From: Oceanospirillaceae bacterium
GTDB taxonomy: Bacteria > Pseudomonadota > Gammaproteobacteria > Pseudomonadales > Balneatricaceae
Length of the DNA: 24,000 bases
NCBI GenBank assembly: GCA_013215505.1
Contig: JABSQZ010000016.1
Location: 33,595-57,594, forward strand
Direction of reading: 5' to 3'
The first letter of the stretch is position 1, and the number at the start of each line of letters is the position of its first letter. A model generated the notes under the pieces. The model had not been told where the DNA came from and ran no database searches. It saw only the letters and a list, made by a program, of their open reading frames with translations. Made by a program: the position numbers and the translations under genes. This document shows, in pieces, positions 16,404 through 24,000 of the stretch.

Positions 16404-16755
16404 TTTGCAATGAATGTCGATGATATAGCTAAGGGCATCGTCATAGATTAAGGAGTTGGCATGAACTGCACCTACCCTGGGTATCTATGTAGCATAGTTG
16501 TAAATCTTAACTAATCAGAGAGACTCCATCTTATTTCCCTAACGAGATTGGGGAAATTCCTGGCCGCAAATTGCGAGCAAGAGGTATGGCGTGATCTGGA
16601 TTGTTAGCAACAGCCTTGATTAGACTCCCGCTCGTTGTTGTAGCCCCGCCAGCACTTTTAGTCAGAACTTGGCGCTATTGTGCGATCGGGGAAGGGGAAT
16701 ATGGAGCGAGAGCGGATAAAGGCCAGAAAGTTTCCCAGCCCTTATCGCTAAGGCT

Positions 16756-18066
16756 CTAGCCGCGAGGAATCTTGATCGAGGTGCCTATTTTTAACGTGCT
16801 GCTTTTAGAGAGACCGTTATAGGCCAATATTTCTTTAACACTGAGTTTATGTTTTTTGGCAATATCCCAGACAGTATCGCCGCTGTTTATGGTATGAATC
16901 TTGTGTTGCTTGGAACGACTGGCGAGTTGTTTTGCATAGGTTTCAGTGCTATTTAACACTGGGATTAACAAGGTTTTGCCGACCCGAATTCTCGAGCTAG
17001 ATAAAGCGTTAGTATTTTTGATCATGCGTACCGAAGCACCATAGCGCTGGGCGATCATACCTAAACTATCGCCGGACTGTATCTTGTAATGGATCCAGTT
17101 TAAACGCTCAGACCTGTCTAAGGTGCTCAGTGCCAGCTGTAAACGGTTGGCACTTTGTTTTGGTACTAATATGCGGTGCGGGCCATTAGGGGCACTGACG
17201 TTGCGATTAAAGCCAGAGTTTAGCAGCTGCAGCTGTGATTTCTCTACTTTAGCCATTTTTGCTACTTTACTCAGATCTATTTGTCCACCTAAATCAACAA
17301 CTTGAAAATAAGGCGTATTGGCGATACTCGGCAATTTTATGTTGTGCTTTTTAGGCTCGTTAACCAGTGCTGCTATGGCGAGTATACGCGGTACATACTG
17401 AGTGGTTTCTTTAGGTAATTTTAGTGACCAGTAATCAGTGGCTAAGCCTTTCTCTCTATTTTTTCTGATTGCTTTAGATACTGTTCCACCGCCGCTATTG
17501 TATGCGGCGAATGTTAACATCCAGTCGCCATCGAAACGCTTATTGAGGCTGGCCAAATAATCCAGTGCAGTTTCTGTCGAGGTAATTACATCCCTGCGCC
17601 CGTCGTACCAGTCATTAATTTCTATCCCTAAGTATCTGGCGGTGCTGGGGATAAATTGCCAGATTCCAGAGGCTTTACCGTAAGAATAGGCATTGGGGTT
17701 GTATAAACTTTCTATGACCGGAAGTAGTGCCACTTCTGCCGGGAAGTCTCGTTTTAGTACTTCTTGTAATACGTAATAATAATAAGGTGAGGCCTGCTTG
17801 CTTACTTTGCTCATGTGCTGCGGGTAGCGGCTATAGTATTTAAGTTCTTTAATAACTCTGGCTTGGCTGTACTCGTCAACAAATTTTAAATTATTGCGGG
17901 TCAGCTGCCATAAATCGTCCTGGACACTGGGCTTTTCAGCTTTAATAGGGACGCCATGTTTATCGTAATTAGCATAATTACTGTCGTAACTAGTATTAAC
18001 TGCGCTGGTTTTACAACCGGCTAAGAAAACCACTAAAAAGATAACTAGAAAACTTTTTGCCTGCAT
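16756..18066 (-). CDS. mltD: Membrane-bound lytic murein transglycosylase D (lipoprotein with SLT domain and LysM repeats)
   Basis: This is a 436-aa protein. It has a lipobox FLAGC at the N-terminus and an SLT catalytic region (LLPVIESLYNPNAYSYGKASGIWQFIPSTA). At least two C-terminal LysM modules are present (YKIQSGDSLGMIAQRYG... and HTINSGDTVWDIAKKHK...). Its position next to gloB is the same as in E. coli. Confidence 0.9.
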   Translation of the reverse strand: MQAKSFLVIFLVVFLAGCKTSAVNTSYDSNYANYDKHGVPIKAEKPSVQDDLWQLTRNNLKFVDEYSQARVIKELKYYSRYPQHMSKVSKQASPYYYYVLQEVLKRDFPAEVALLPVIESLYNPNAYSYGKASGIWQFIPSTARYLGIEINDWYDGRRDVITSTETALDYLASLNKRFDGDWMLTFAAYNSGGGTVSKAIRKNREKGLATDYWSLKLPKETTQYVPRILAIAALVNEPKKHNIKLPSIANTPYFQVVDLGGQIDLSKVAKMAKVEKSQLQLLNSGFNRNVSAPNGPHRILVPKQSANRLQLALSTLDRSERLNWIHYKIQSGDSLGMIAQRYGASVRMIKNTNALSSSRIRVGKTLLIPVLNSTETYAKQLASRSKQHKIHTINSGDTVWDIAKKHKLSVKEILAYNGLSKSSTLKIGTSIKIPRG

Positions 18067-18189
18067 TTTGCCATGTGCCTGTTTTTTAAAAATAAGCCGG
18101 GCATTTTAACAGGGTGAGAGATAAGGTCAATATTTCATCAATTAACCTTGGCTGAATATGATTTAATTAATTGATTTTAGGATATTTTC

Positions 18190-18963
18190 CTAGAAGATAT
18201 TTTTCCATTGTCGCAGCACTGTAAAGGTATCTAATTCGCAATTAACCGTTTTATTGCTGTAAAGGGTTGCTGTTTGCTGTATGTCCAAGTTGTCACAGCG
18301 CAAAAATGGGTTAATTAATAGCTCATTGGCAATGCTGCTGGGAAGGGTTGGTTTTCCCTCGACCCGTAAATTGCTGCAATGCTCGATTTGCTGTTGGATA
18401 TAGAGGTTGTTGGGCTCCACGGTTTGGGCAAAGGCCAAATTAGCCAGCGAGTACTCATGAGTGCAGTAGACTTGAGTCTCTGCCGGTAGCTGTTTGAAGT
18501 AGTGCATGGCTGTTAGCATTTGCTGCATGCTGCCTTCAAATACACGCCCGCACCCCGCCAAAAATAAAGTATCACCACAGAAAATCTGTGCTCCATCGGC
18601 CGTTTCATTCAAGTAACAAATGTGGTCTAAAGTATGTCCGGGAACAGTTTTGATAGTCAAATGGCGCTGAAACAGCTCGATATTGTCGCCATCTACTAAT
18701 CTGTGACTAATACCTGAAAACTGGCAGTTCTCTGGGCCATACACCGGCACCAGATACTGTTCTAACAGTTCATTTACCCCACCGACGTGATCGCTGTGAT
18801 GGTGAGTGATCAGGATGGCGGCGAGTGTTTTACCGCTCTTTTTTAGAGCTTCAATGACCGGCTGTGCAGCACCTGGGTCAACTACCGCTACCTGATTGTC
18901 ACTGTTGTGAATCATCCAGATGTAGTTATCCGAAAAAGCTGAAATTGGGCTGACCTGAAACAT
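18190..18963 (-). CDS. gloB: Hydroxyacylglutathione hydrolase (glyoxalase II)
   Basis: This is a 257-aa protein. The sequence SAFSDNYIWMI...VVDPG...ILITHHHSDHVGG...VPGHTLDHICY...FCGDTLFLAGCGRVFEG...VYCTHEYSLANL.FA closely follows E. coli GloB and keeps all canonical MBL metal ligands. Confidence 0.93.
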   Translation of the reverse strand: MFQVSPISAFSDNYIWMIHNSDNQVAVVDPGAAQPVIEALKKSGKTLAAILITHHHSDHVGGVNELLEQYLVPVYGPENCQFSGISHRLVDGDNIELFQRHLTIKTVPGHTLDHICYLNETADGAQIFCGDTLFLAGCGRVFEGSMQQMLTAMHYFKQLPAETQVYCTHEYSLANLAFAQTVEPNNLYIQQQIEHCSNLRVEGKPTLPSSIANELLINPFLRCDNLDIQQTATLYSNKTVNCELDTFTVLRQWKNIF

Positions 18964-19125
18964 ATATTAACCAAACATTGAGGGCGAATATTGAGATTAC
19001 CACTGAGCATTCCAAAGGTACAGAGGCGTATTAACTACTGCTAATATCCAGGGGAGTATAGCTATCTAAAGCATTACTGTTAAAATAGCTGAAAACTAAT
19101 ATTTGAGCACCCCGATAGCTTTTCA

Positions 19126-19905
19126 ATGAAGAAAAATTCCCAGCTAGCAGTGTCACAGACAGATAATATAGCAAAGATTCAGCAGTGGTTTGAGTCTGAA
19201 GTTGGCTGTGAATTATTAGCAGCACAGCAGCGCGCTATAAACAGGCTACTTCCCCGATTGTTCGGCTACTACTTAGTTGAAGTGGCAGTTAATCCTAAAA
19301 TGAATTTATCCTCTGAGAGTTTGATTGGCCATAAAGTCGTGGTCAGTACCCAACATATGTTGGGTTTGTGTGATAAAAGCATCTTATGTCAGCCCACCGA
19401 ATTGCCTTTCGAGCACAACAGTATCGATGTTGTGTTACTGCACCATACTTTAGACTTTACCGATAATCCGCACCAGGTACTGCGAGAAGCCATCAGGGTA
19501 TTAAGGCCCGGTGGACACTTGTTGGTGGTCGGCTTTAACCCAGCCTCATGGTGGGGGGTGCGACGGCTCTGTTCCAGGAAAGTTAAAGCGCCCTGGCAGC
19601 GAGGTCAGTTTATCAGCCAGGGGCGATTGGTCGATTGGACCAGTTTATTGGGTTTAACTCAACTCAGGTCAATGACGGATTATTACCTGCCACCTTTTGT
19701 CTCAGGTAAGTGGCGGCGTAGATTCGAAAAGCTACAAGCCTACGGGCGTAAGTCTATGCCCAAAAATGGCGCGTTTTACCTGAGTTTAGCACGCAAAGAT
19801 ATCGAGGGAATTACTCCGATCAAACGGATTAAATTTCCCAGAAAGTTATATACATTGCCGGTGCGAAAACCGGCAACGCGGGAGCAAATACGTGAAAGAG
19901 GTTAG
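19126..19905 (+). CDS. yafS: Class I SAM-dependent methyltransferase, YafS-like
   Basis: This is a 259-aa protein. The block [56 protein letters not shown] parallels E. coli YafS (LPF...S.DV.LL.HTL....DPH.LLREA.RVL...G.L...GFNP.S..G.R.L). It keeps the conserved position between gloB and rnhA. Confidence 0.75.
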   Translation: MKKNSQLAVSQTDNIAKIQQWFESEVGCELLAAQQRAINRLLPRLFGYYLVEVAVNPKMNLSSESLIGHKVVVSTQHMLGLCDKSILCQPTELPFEHNSIDVVLLHHTLDFTDNPHQVLREAIRVLRPGGHLLVVGFNPASWWGVRRLCSRKVKAPWQRGQFISQGRLVDWTSLLGLTQLRSMTDYYLPPFVSGKWRRRFEKLQAYGRKSMPKNGAFYLSLARKDIEGITPIKRIKFPRKLYTLPVRKPATREQIRERG

Positions 19906-20323
19906 AATATTCACCGACGGCGCTTGTAAAGGTAATCCGGGGCCCGGTGGATGGGGAGCCGTTCTCTACTACGCAGAAAAGCAAAAACAAATATTCGGTG
20001 GAGAAAAGGTTACTACCAATAACCGCATGGAGTTGATGGCGGCAATTCAAGCCCTGGCTATTTTAAAGCATCCCTGCATTGTCATCTTAACCACCGACTC
20101 CCAGTATGTGCGTAAAGGTATCAGTGAGTGGATTAAAGGGTGGAAACGCAACGGTTGGAAAACAGCGGCGAAAAAGCCGGTTAAAAATGCGGATTTGTGG
20201 CAAATGCTGGATGAGCAGAGTCGCCAGCATGAAATTGATTGGCGCTGGGTCAAAGGACACAGTGGCCACCCTGATAATGAATTGGCTGATGATCTGGCCA
20301 ATCGCGGTGTCGCAGAACTGTAG
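19892..20323 (+). CDS. rnhA: Ribonuclease HI
   Basis: This is a 143-aa protein. [22 protein letters not shown]...[15 protein letters not shown]...[39 protein letters not shown]...[19 protein letters not shown] is near-colinear with E. coli RnhA. The GTG start has a GGGAG SD 7 nt upstream and overlaps the yafS-like gene by 14 nt. Confidence 0.93.
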   Translation: MKEVRIFTDGACKGNPGPGGWGAVLYYAEKQKQIFGGEKVTTNNRMELMAAIQALAILKHPCIVILTTDSQYVRKGISEWIKGWKRNGWKTAAKKPVKNADLWQMLDEQSRQHEIDWRWVKGHSGHPDNELADDLANRGVAEL

Positions 20324-20349
20324 TGTGAAACCCAGATAAGAGCGAATAA

Positions 20350-21084
20350 ATGAGACAGATAATACTAGATACAGAAACCACCGGCTTAGAGCCGTCTCAA
20401 GGGCATAATGTCATTGAAATCGGTTGTGTTGAAATGATCAAACGGCGTCTGACTGGCAATAATTACCACCAGTACATTAAGCCGGACAGGGATTCAGATG
20501 AAGATGCAATCCGAATTCACGGCATAACCAATGAGTTTTTAGCCGATAAACCTAAATTTCGCGATATCACCGCTGATTTTTTGGAGTATATACGCGGCGC
20601 TGAACTGATTATCCACAACGCGCCTTTCGACCTGGGCTTTTTGAATGCCGAGCTGAAGCGCAATGGCTGTCGCGAAAAAGTTGAAGATATCTGCAGCATT
20701 ATCGACTCACTGCAGTTAGCCAGGCGCAAGCACCCGGGACAGAAAAATAACTTAGATGCACTCTGTCGCCGCTACGGTATAGATAACTCCCATCGTGAAT
20801 TGCACGGCGCGTTATTAGACTCAGAGATCTTAGCAGACGTCTATTTAATGATTACCGGTGGCCAAACTGATCTGATGCTTGCGGGAGAAAAAGAGGCGGC
20901 TGCCGATGGCTCGATTGCGGTGAAGAAATTAGTTAATGTCACTGCAGCCTTGAAAGTCATAGTACCGACAGCCCAAGAGTTAGCAGAGCATCAACAGTTT
21001 TTAACGCTGTTGGATAAAAAGTCCGGTGGAGAGTGTCTATATAACAAATTAGCTGCTGAGCAAAGTGCAGAGTCAGCCTCCTAG
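20350..21084 (+). CDS. dnaQ: DNA polymerase III epsilon subunit (3'-5' proofreading exonuclease)
   Basis: This is a 244-aa protein. RQIILDTETTG (ExoI), HNAPFDLGFLN (ExoII) and HGALLDSEILADVYL (ExoIII epsilon) are present, and the protein is colinear with E. coli DnaQ. It is co-directional with rnhA here; the two genes are divergent in E. coli. Confidence 0.93.
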   Translation: MRQIILDTETTGLEPSQGHNVIEIGCVEMIKRRLTGNNYHQYIKPDRDSDEDAIRIHGITNEFLADKPKFRDITADFLEYIRGAELIIHNAPFDLGFLNAELKRNGCREKVEDICSIIDSLQLARRKHPGQKNNLDALCRRYGIDNSHRELHGALLDSEILADVYLMITGGQTDLMLAGEKEAAADGSIAVKKLVNVTAALKVIVPTAQELAEHQQFLTLLDKKSGGECLYNKLAAEQSAESAS

Positions 21085-21323
21085 TACCGAAAATCTTAAG
21101 CATGGGGAGCGGGCGCACAAATGCTCAGTAATATCAGTACTCATTCGTCTGTTCCCGATACTGTAGTTTTATCTGCCTGGCCGCCACTTGCCTAAACCGG
21201 CCCAGAGCAATGCGGGTGATAGCGCAGTACTAGTTATTAGAGCTGCGAAAGACAGTTCTTGTCAATATCCTCAAGGGCTATAGTTTCGCATCACTGTAGG
21301 TTAAATCGACTGGTTTTATCTCA

Positions 21324-21683
21324 ATGGACGACCTGTATTCACTTAGAGACGAGTTGCCACTGTGGCAATGTAAAGATAAAGCTTCTGGCGAGTGTAGAGA
21401 CTATCATCCAGTGCAACTGCAGTATATGTCACAGTGTCGGGGCTCTATAGGAGTATTACTCCCTGAACAAGCGGAAATTAGCACTGAGCAACCGACCGTC
21501 GGTTATCTGTGGGGCGCGCAAACAATGTAGTTTCATCACAGTCCATGCTGTGGTTGTACCACTCACTACCTGAGCACAAAAAACAGCTGCAGAATCCCAG
21601 TGGCAGTCAATTTTAGGCTATTAAAAGAGTGTCAGTTGCAGGATTATAAAGCCAGAAAATACAACGGTACCACTGCCCGATAA
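21324..21683 (+). pseudogene. Disrupted GFA-family (CENP-V/glutathione-dependent formaldehyde-activating-like) gene
   Basis: The Cys motifs of the family are split across frames. Frame +1 reads TTCIHLETSCHCGNVKIKLLASVETIIQCNCSICHSVGAL*. The ATG frame then continues GVLLPEQAEISTEQPTVGYLWGAQTM*FHHSPCCGCTTHYLSTKNSCRIPVAVNFRLLKECQLQDYKARKYNGTTAR*. In-frame TAG codons sit at 21448-21450 (frame +1) and 21528-21530 (ATG frame). The total span of 120 codons is the normal size for this family. Confidence 0.6.
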
Positions 21684-21714
21684 ACGACAGTTAACAGTCT
21701 ACAAGGAGCATTGT

Positions 21715-22065
21715 TTGCGCTTGCTAAAAAGTTTTTTTGCCGTCATTGGTTTCACTGGTACAGTGCTTTTTTTCCTGGCACTGTATATAGATATCCGTGC
21801 TATGGATCGCACTAAAGGAGGCTACCAAGCTCCCTATACTGGGGTAACTGGAGAGACTCTGGACTGGGCGAGTATGGACTTAACTGCCAGCGGAGTTGTC
21901 AGGCGCGGCTATGTACTGAATTTTATCGTCAACGCTACTAGTGGCATGATTAGTTTGCAGTTATTGGGGGTTGAATTTGCAGCTCGCAAACTTTCTCCCA
22001 GAGCCATAGCAGTGCACCGGCCCAGAGAAGCTTTTATCCGCCTGGGCTTTACCCCTGAGTTTTAA
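21715..22065 (+). CDS. Hypothetical small membrane-anchored protein
   Basis: This is a 116-aa ORF. The TTG start has a strong AAGGAG SD 7 nt upstream. There is one N-terminal hydrophobic helix (FFAVIGFTGTVLFFLALYI). I do not recognise a family. Its stop is only 2 nt from the stop of the convergent ArsR-family gene. Confidence 0.55.
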   Translation: MRLLKSFFAVIGFTGTVLFFLALYIDIRAMDRTKGGYQAPYTGVTGETLDWASMDLTASGVVRRGYVLNFIVNATSGMISLQLLGVEFAARKLSPRAIAVHRPREAFIRLGFTPEF

Positions 22066-22067
22066 AT

Positions 22068-22751
22068 TTATGCATCAATGGCGTATTTTTTTCTAAACAG
22101 GCGCAGTCCCTGCTGGGTAAATTGCACTGCCCTTGAGTCTAAATCTTTACGTGCCCAGCCCTGTTTAAACAAGTCGTTTAATACCCATTGACCGGCGATT
22201 CCGGCTAAGTGACTACGCCTTTCACTCCAGTCCAAACAAGATTTACACAGCGCTCGCTTAGATTTCCCCGGCGCTATACTAGCACCAATCCCGGCAAAAA
22301 AATCCTGCCCACGGGCCGTTAACTCTACCCGTTCACACTCTTCTGCAATAAAGTTTTTAGCTAATAGGCTGTCGTAGAGTTTTACACTTAACCCTCCGGC
22401 TAAATGGTCGTAGCAAACACGAGCTGTTCGCAATCGGGGATCAGCGGGTCCTGTAGCAACCGGTGGTTGGGCGCTGGCAATATCGTTGCTAATGTTTAAC
22501 AAAGCTTCCAACAGTGCCGCTATCTGAGGGCCCTTCAACTGAAAATATTTATGCCGCCCCTGTTTTCTTACCACGAGCAATTGCCCGGTTACTAACTTGT
22601 TTAAGTGACTACTGGCAGTTTGCGCGGTGATATCAGCTTCCACTGCCAGCTCAGTCGCTGTTAGTGCTTTACCGCCCATTAAAGCCGTTAGCATACGCGC
22701 TCTGGTGGTTTCACCTATTAAGCCGGCAACGACGGCTATGTCAGGTTGCAT
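22068..22751 (-). CDS. ArsR/SmtB-family winged-helix transcriptional regulator with a C-terminal extension
   Basis: This is a 227-aa protein. The N-terminal wHTH is GETTRARMLTALMGGKALTATELAVEADITAQTASSHLNKLVTGQLLVVRKQGRHKYFQL. The C-terminal part carries the recurring CYDHLAG...C.DWSERRSHLAG motif pair seen in long ArsR-like regulators. Confidence 0.8.
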   Translation of the reverse strand: MQPDIAVVAGLIGETTRARMLTALMGGKALTATELAVEADITAQTASSHLNKLVTGQLLVVRKQGRHKYFQLKGPQIAALLEALLNISNDIASAQPPVATGPADPRLRTARVCYDHLAGGLSVKLYDSLLAKNFIAEECERVELTARGQDFFAGIGASIAPGKSKRALCKSCLDWSERRSHLAGIAGQWVLNDLFKQGWARKDLDSRAVQFTQQGLRLFRKKYAIDA

Positions 22752-22897
22752 GGTTATTCCTCATTTTAAACCTTGGGGTGTTCTCTGTTATTTTATCTTC
22801 ATAATTGTGCACGTTAAAAAATGTTAATACTACGCTGCCGGTCGAAGTATTGGATATTTAGCGATTTATAATTGCAGTCAATTTTAAAGGAGAGACT

Positions 22898-23227
22898 ATG
22901 ACAATCACTTGTTTTATTGAATATAAATTAGACCCTTACAAATTGGATCAATTTAGAGAATACGCCAACCATTGGGCAGAGATTATCCCGAGGTGCGGTG
23001 GTCATTTGTTGGGTTATTTTAGTCCCCATGAAGGCAGCAATAATATCGCTTACGGGTTAATTAGTTTTGCCAGTTTGGCTGATTACGAGCAGTATCGGCA
23101 AGTATTGAAGACTGATGCAGGCGGATCCGCTAACTTTCAATTTGCCCGGAAACAGCAATTTATTCTCGAGGAAAAGCGCAGCTTTTTGCAGCTGATTCCA
23201 GAAACATTTCAGAGGTTACCCGTATGA
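22898..23227 (+). CDS. NIPSNAP-family protein
   Basis: This is a 109-aa protein. The pattern is ITCFIEYKLDPYKLDQFREYANHWAEIIPRCGGHLLGYFSPHEGSNNIAYGLISFASLADYEQYR. An AAAGGAGAG SD precedes the ATG. It is divergent from the ArsR-family gene. Confidence 0.7.
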   Translation: MTITCFIEYKLDPYKLDQFREYANHWAEIIPRCGGHLLGYFSPHEGSNNIAYGLISFASLADYEQYRQVLKTDAGGSANFQFARKQQFILEEKRSFLQLIPETFQRLPV

Positions 23228-23547
23228 TCGCCGTTATATTTGAGTTGACGCCAAAATCGCGTCACAGAGAAGAGTATTTCCAACTCGCCGCTGCCTTAAA
23301 GCAAACACTAGAAACTGTCGATGGTTTTATCTCTATTGAGCGCTTTCAGAGTTTGGCGGATAATAACCGCTATTTGTCACTTTCCTTCTGGCAGGATGAA
23401 ACTGCAGTGCAGATCTGGCGAGAGCAGCTTTGTCATCGCGGTGCACAGCAGCAGGGCCGCGATTATATTTTTGCCGACTATCGATTGCGTGTTGCCAATG
23501 TGCTGCGCGATTACTCTTTAGAGAACAGAGAGCAAGTTCCAGCTTAA
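23224..23547 (+). CDS. Antibiotic-biosynthesis-monooxygenase (ABM) domain protein
   Basis: This is a 107-aa protein. MIAVIFELTPK....EYFQLAAALKQTLETVDGFISIERFQSL.....YLSLSFWQDETAVQIWRE...H is the typical ABM ferredoxin-like fold pattern. A 4-nt ATGA overlap with the NIPSNAP gene indicates coupling. Confidence 0.7.
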   Translation: MIAVIFELTPKSRHREEYFQLAAALKQTLETVDGFISIERFQSLADNNRYLSLSFWQDETAVQIWREQLCHRGAQQQGRDYIFADYRLRVANVLRDYSLENREQVPA

Positions 23548-23558
23548 GTTGCCAGTGG

Positions 23559-23599
23559 CTGTCTGCACTATTTTAATTGGCAAACAACCTTGCAGACAG
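23559..23599 (+). terminator. Inverted repeat downstream of the ABM gene (possible terminator)
   Basis: CTGTCTGCA (23559-23567) pairs with TGCAGACAG (23591-23599), giving perfect 9-bp arms around a 23-nt loop. AGTCTAAAATCTTTT follows. The long loop and interrupted U-tract make this a weak call. Confidence 0.3.
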
Positions 23600-23883
23600 A
23601 GTCTAAAATCTTTTGGTTGTTGCGCCGGGAGGTTAAATTAGTCGGCTGAATTCAGTTTTTCAGACAAATAATGCTGCAGGGTCAGCATTACAGGCGACTC
23701 TGGGCTAGTCGCTGTGCAGGGGGCTGCGAAAAGATTTTTCACAGAAAACAACTAGATGAAAGATTAAACCGCAGCTGGCACAGCTGATAGTCGCTGGGAA
23801 GTGATAGAAAGGTAGCAATGTTCAAAAGTCATTTGGCTATTTAGTGTAGGCAAAAATTGAACATTAATTCGCCGATGAGTTAT

Positions 23884-24000
23884 CTATTCTTCACCTTTAC
23901 TTTGTAAATAGTTAAAGGCCAGATCGATAGCTGCATCAACTTCCTCGCTCATTTCTTTACGCTCATCTGCATTTAAAAAAAATGCCATATCTATATCGTG
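23884..24000 (-). CDS. Hypothetical protein, C-terminal fragment only; the 5' part lies beyond the window
   Basis: Minus-strand reading from the window edge gives ...DIDMAFFLNADERKEMSEEVDAAIDLAFNYLQSKGEE*, with the stop (TAG) at 23886-23884. The ORF track omits it because it is truncated. I do not recognise a family, and with only 38 codons visible it could be non-coding. Confidence 0.35.
   Translation of the reverse strand, partial: HDIDMAFFLNADERKEMSEEVDAAIDLAFNYLQSKGEE

Noticed and set aside
19031-19225. A 64-aa minus-strand ORF spanning the gloB/yafS divergent promoter region
   Set aside because: It overlaps the 5' end of the yafS-like gene antisense and lies in an AT-rich promoter region. 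It has no SD and no recognisable motif.
21259-21530. Track ORFs 21259-21450 and 21324-21530 treated as two small independent genes
   Set aside because: Each carries half of the GFA-family Cys motif set. Homology also continues past the TAG at 21528 to 21683. They are better explained as fragments of one disrupted gene.
22063-22070. Stop codons of the convergent genes 21715-22065 and 22068-22751 are only 2 nt apart
   Set aside because: This is real in the sequence and implies overlapping 3' transcripts with no room for terminators. Tight convergent packing is common, though, and not informative on its own.

Overview
This looks like a chromosomal segment of a gammaproteobacterium. Several proteins track E. 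coli orthologues I can recall residue by residue: SbmA, YejABEF, MltD, GloB, YafS, RnhA and DnaQ. I count about 20 intact CDS, two of them cut by the window edges and absent from the ORF track. There is one tRNA-Thr(UGU), two decayed genes (a LysR-type regulator and a GFA-family protein), and two tandem heptanucleotide arrays built on the same unit, TTGGAAG/CTTCCAA. I see no transposase, integrase, CRISPR array, or recognisable defence or toxin-antitoxin genes, so most of the window is ordinary core genome. The most unusual items are as follows. (1) A 1036-aa protein has an AraC-type sensor and HTH in its first ~350 aa. Its ~680-aa C-terminal region resembles, from memory, the post-NTPase winged-helix plus helical-repeat arm of AAA_16/STAND-type multidomain kinases, but without a P-loop. 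It sits directly upstream of a REC-domain protein with a degenerate His-kinase-like tail and divergent from an orphan periplasmic binding protein. (2) The heptamer arrays lie at 5051-5099 and 12909-12981. (3) Two peptide-uptake systems, yejABEF and sbmA, are transcribed divergently from one 494-bp control region. (4) The 13.0-16.75 kb patch between sbmA and mltD looks accessory and partly decaying. It holds an MBL-fold protein and a cysteine desulfurase that both have non-canonical active-site motifs, a perfect 26-bp palindrome over the MBL promoter, a Cys-rich upstream mini-ORF, long non-coding gaps, and a multiply disrupted LysR gene. All homology statements rest on my own reading and recall of family motifs. 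No searches were run.
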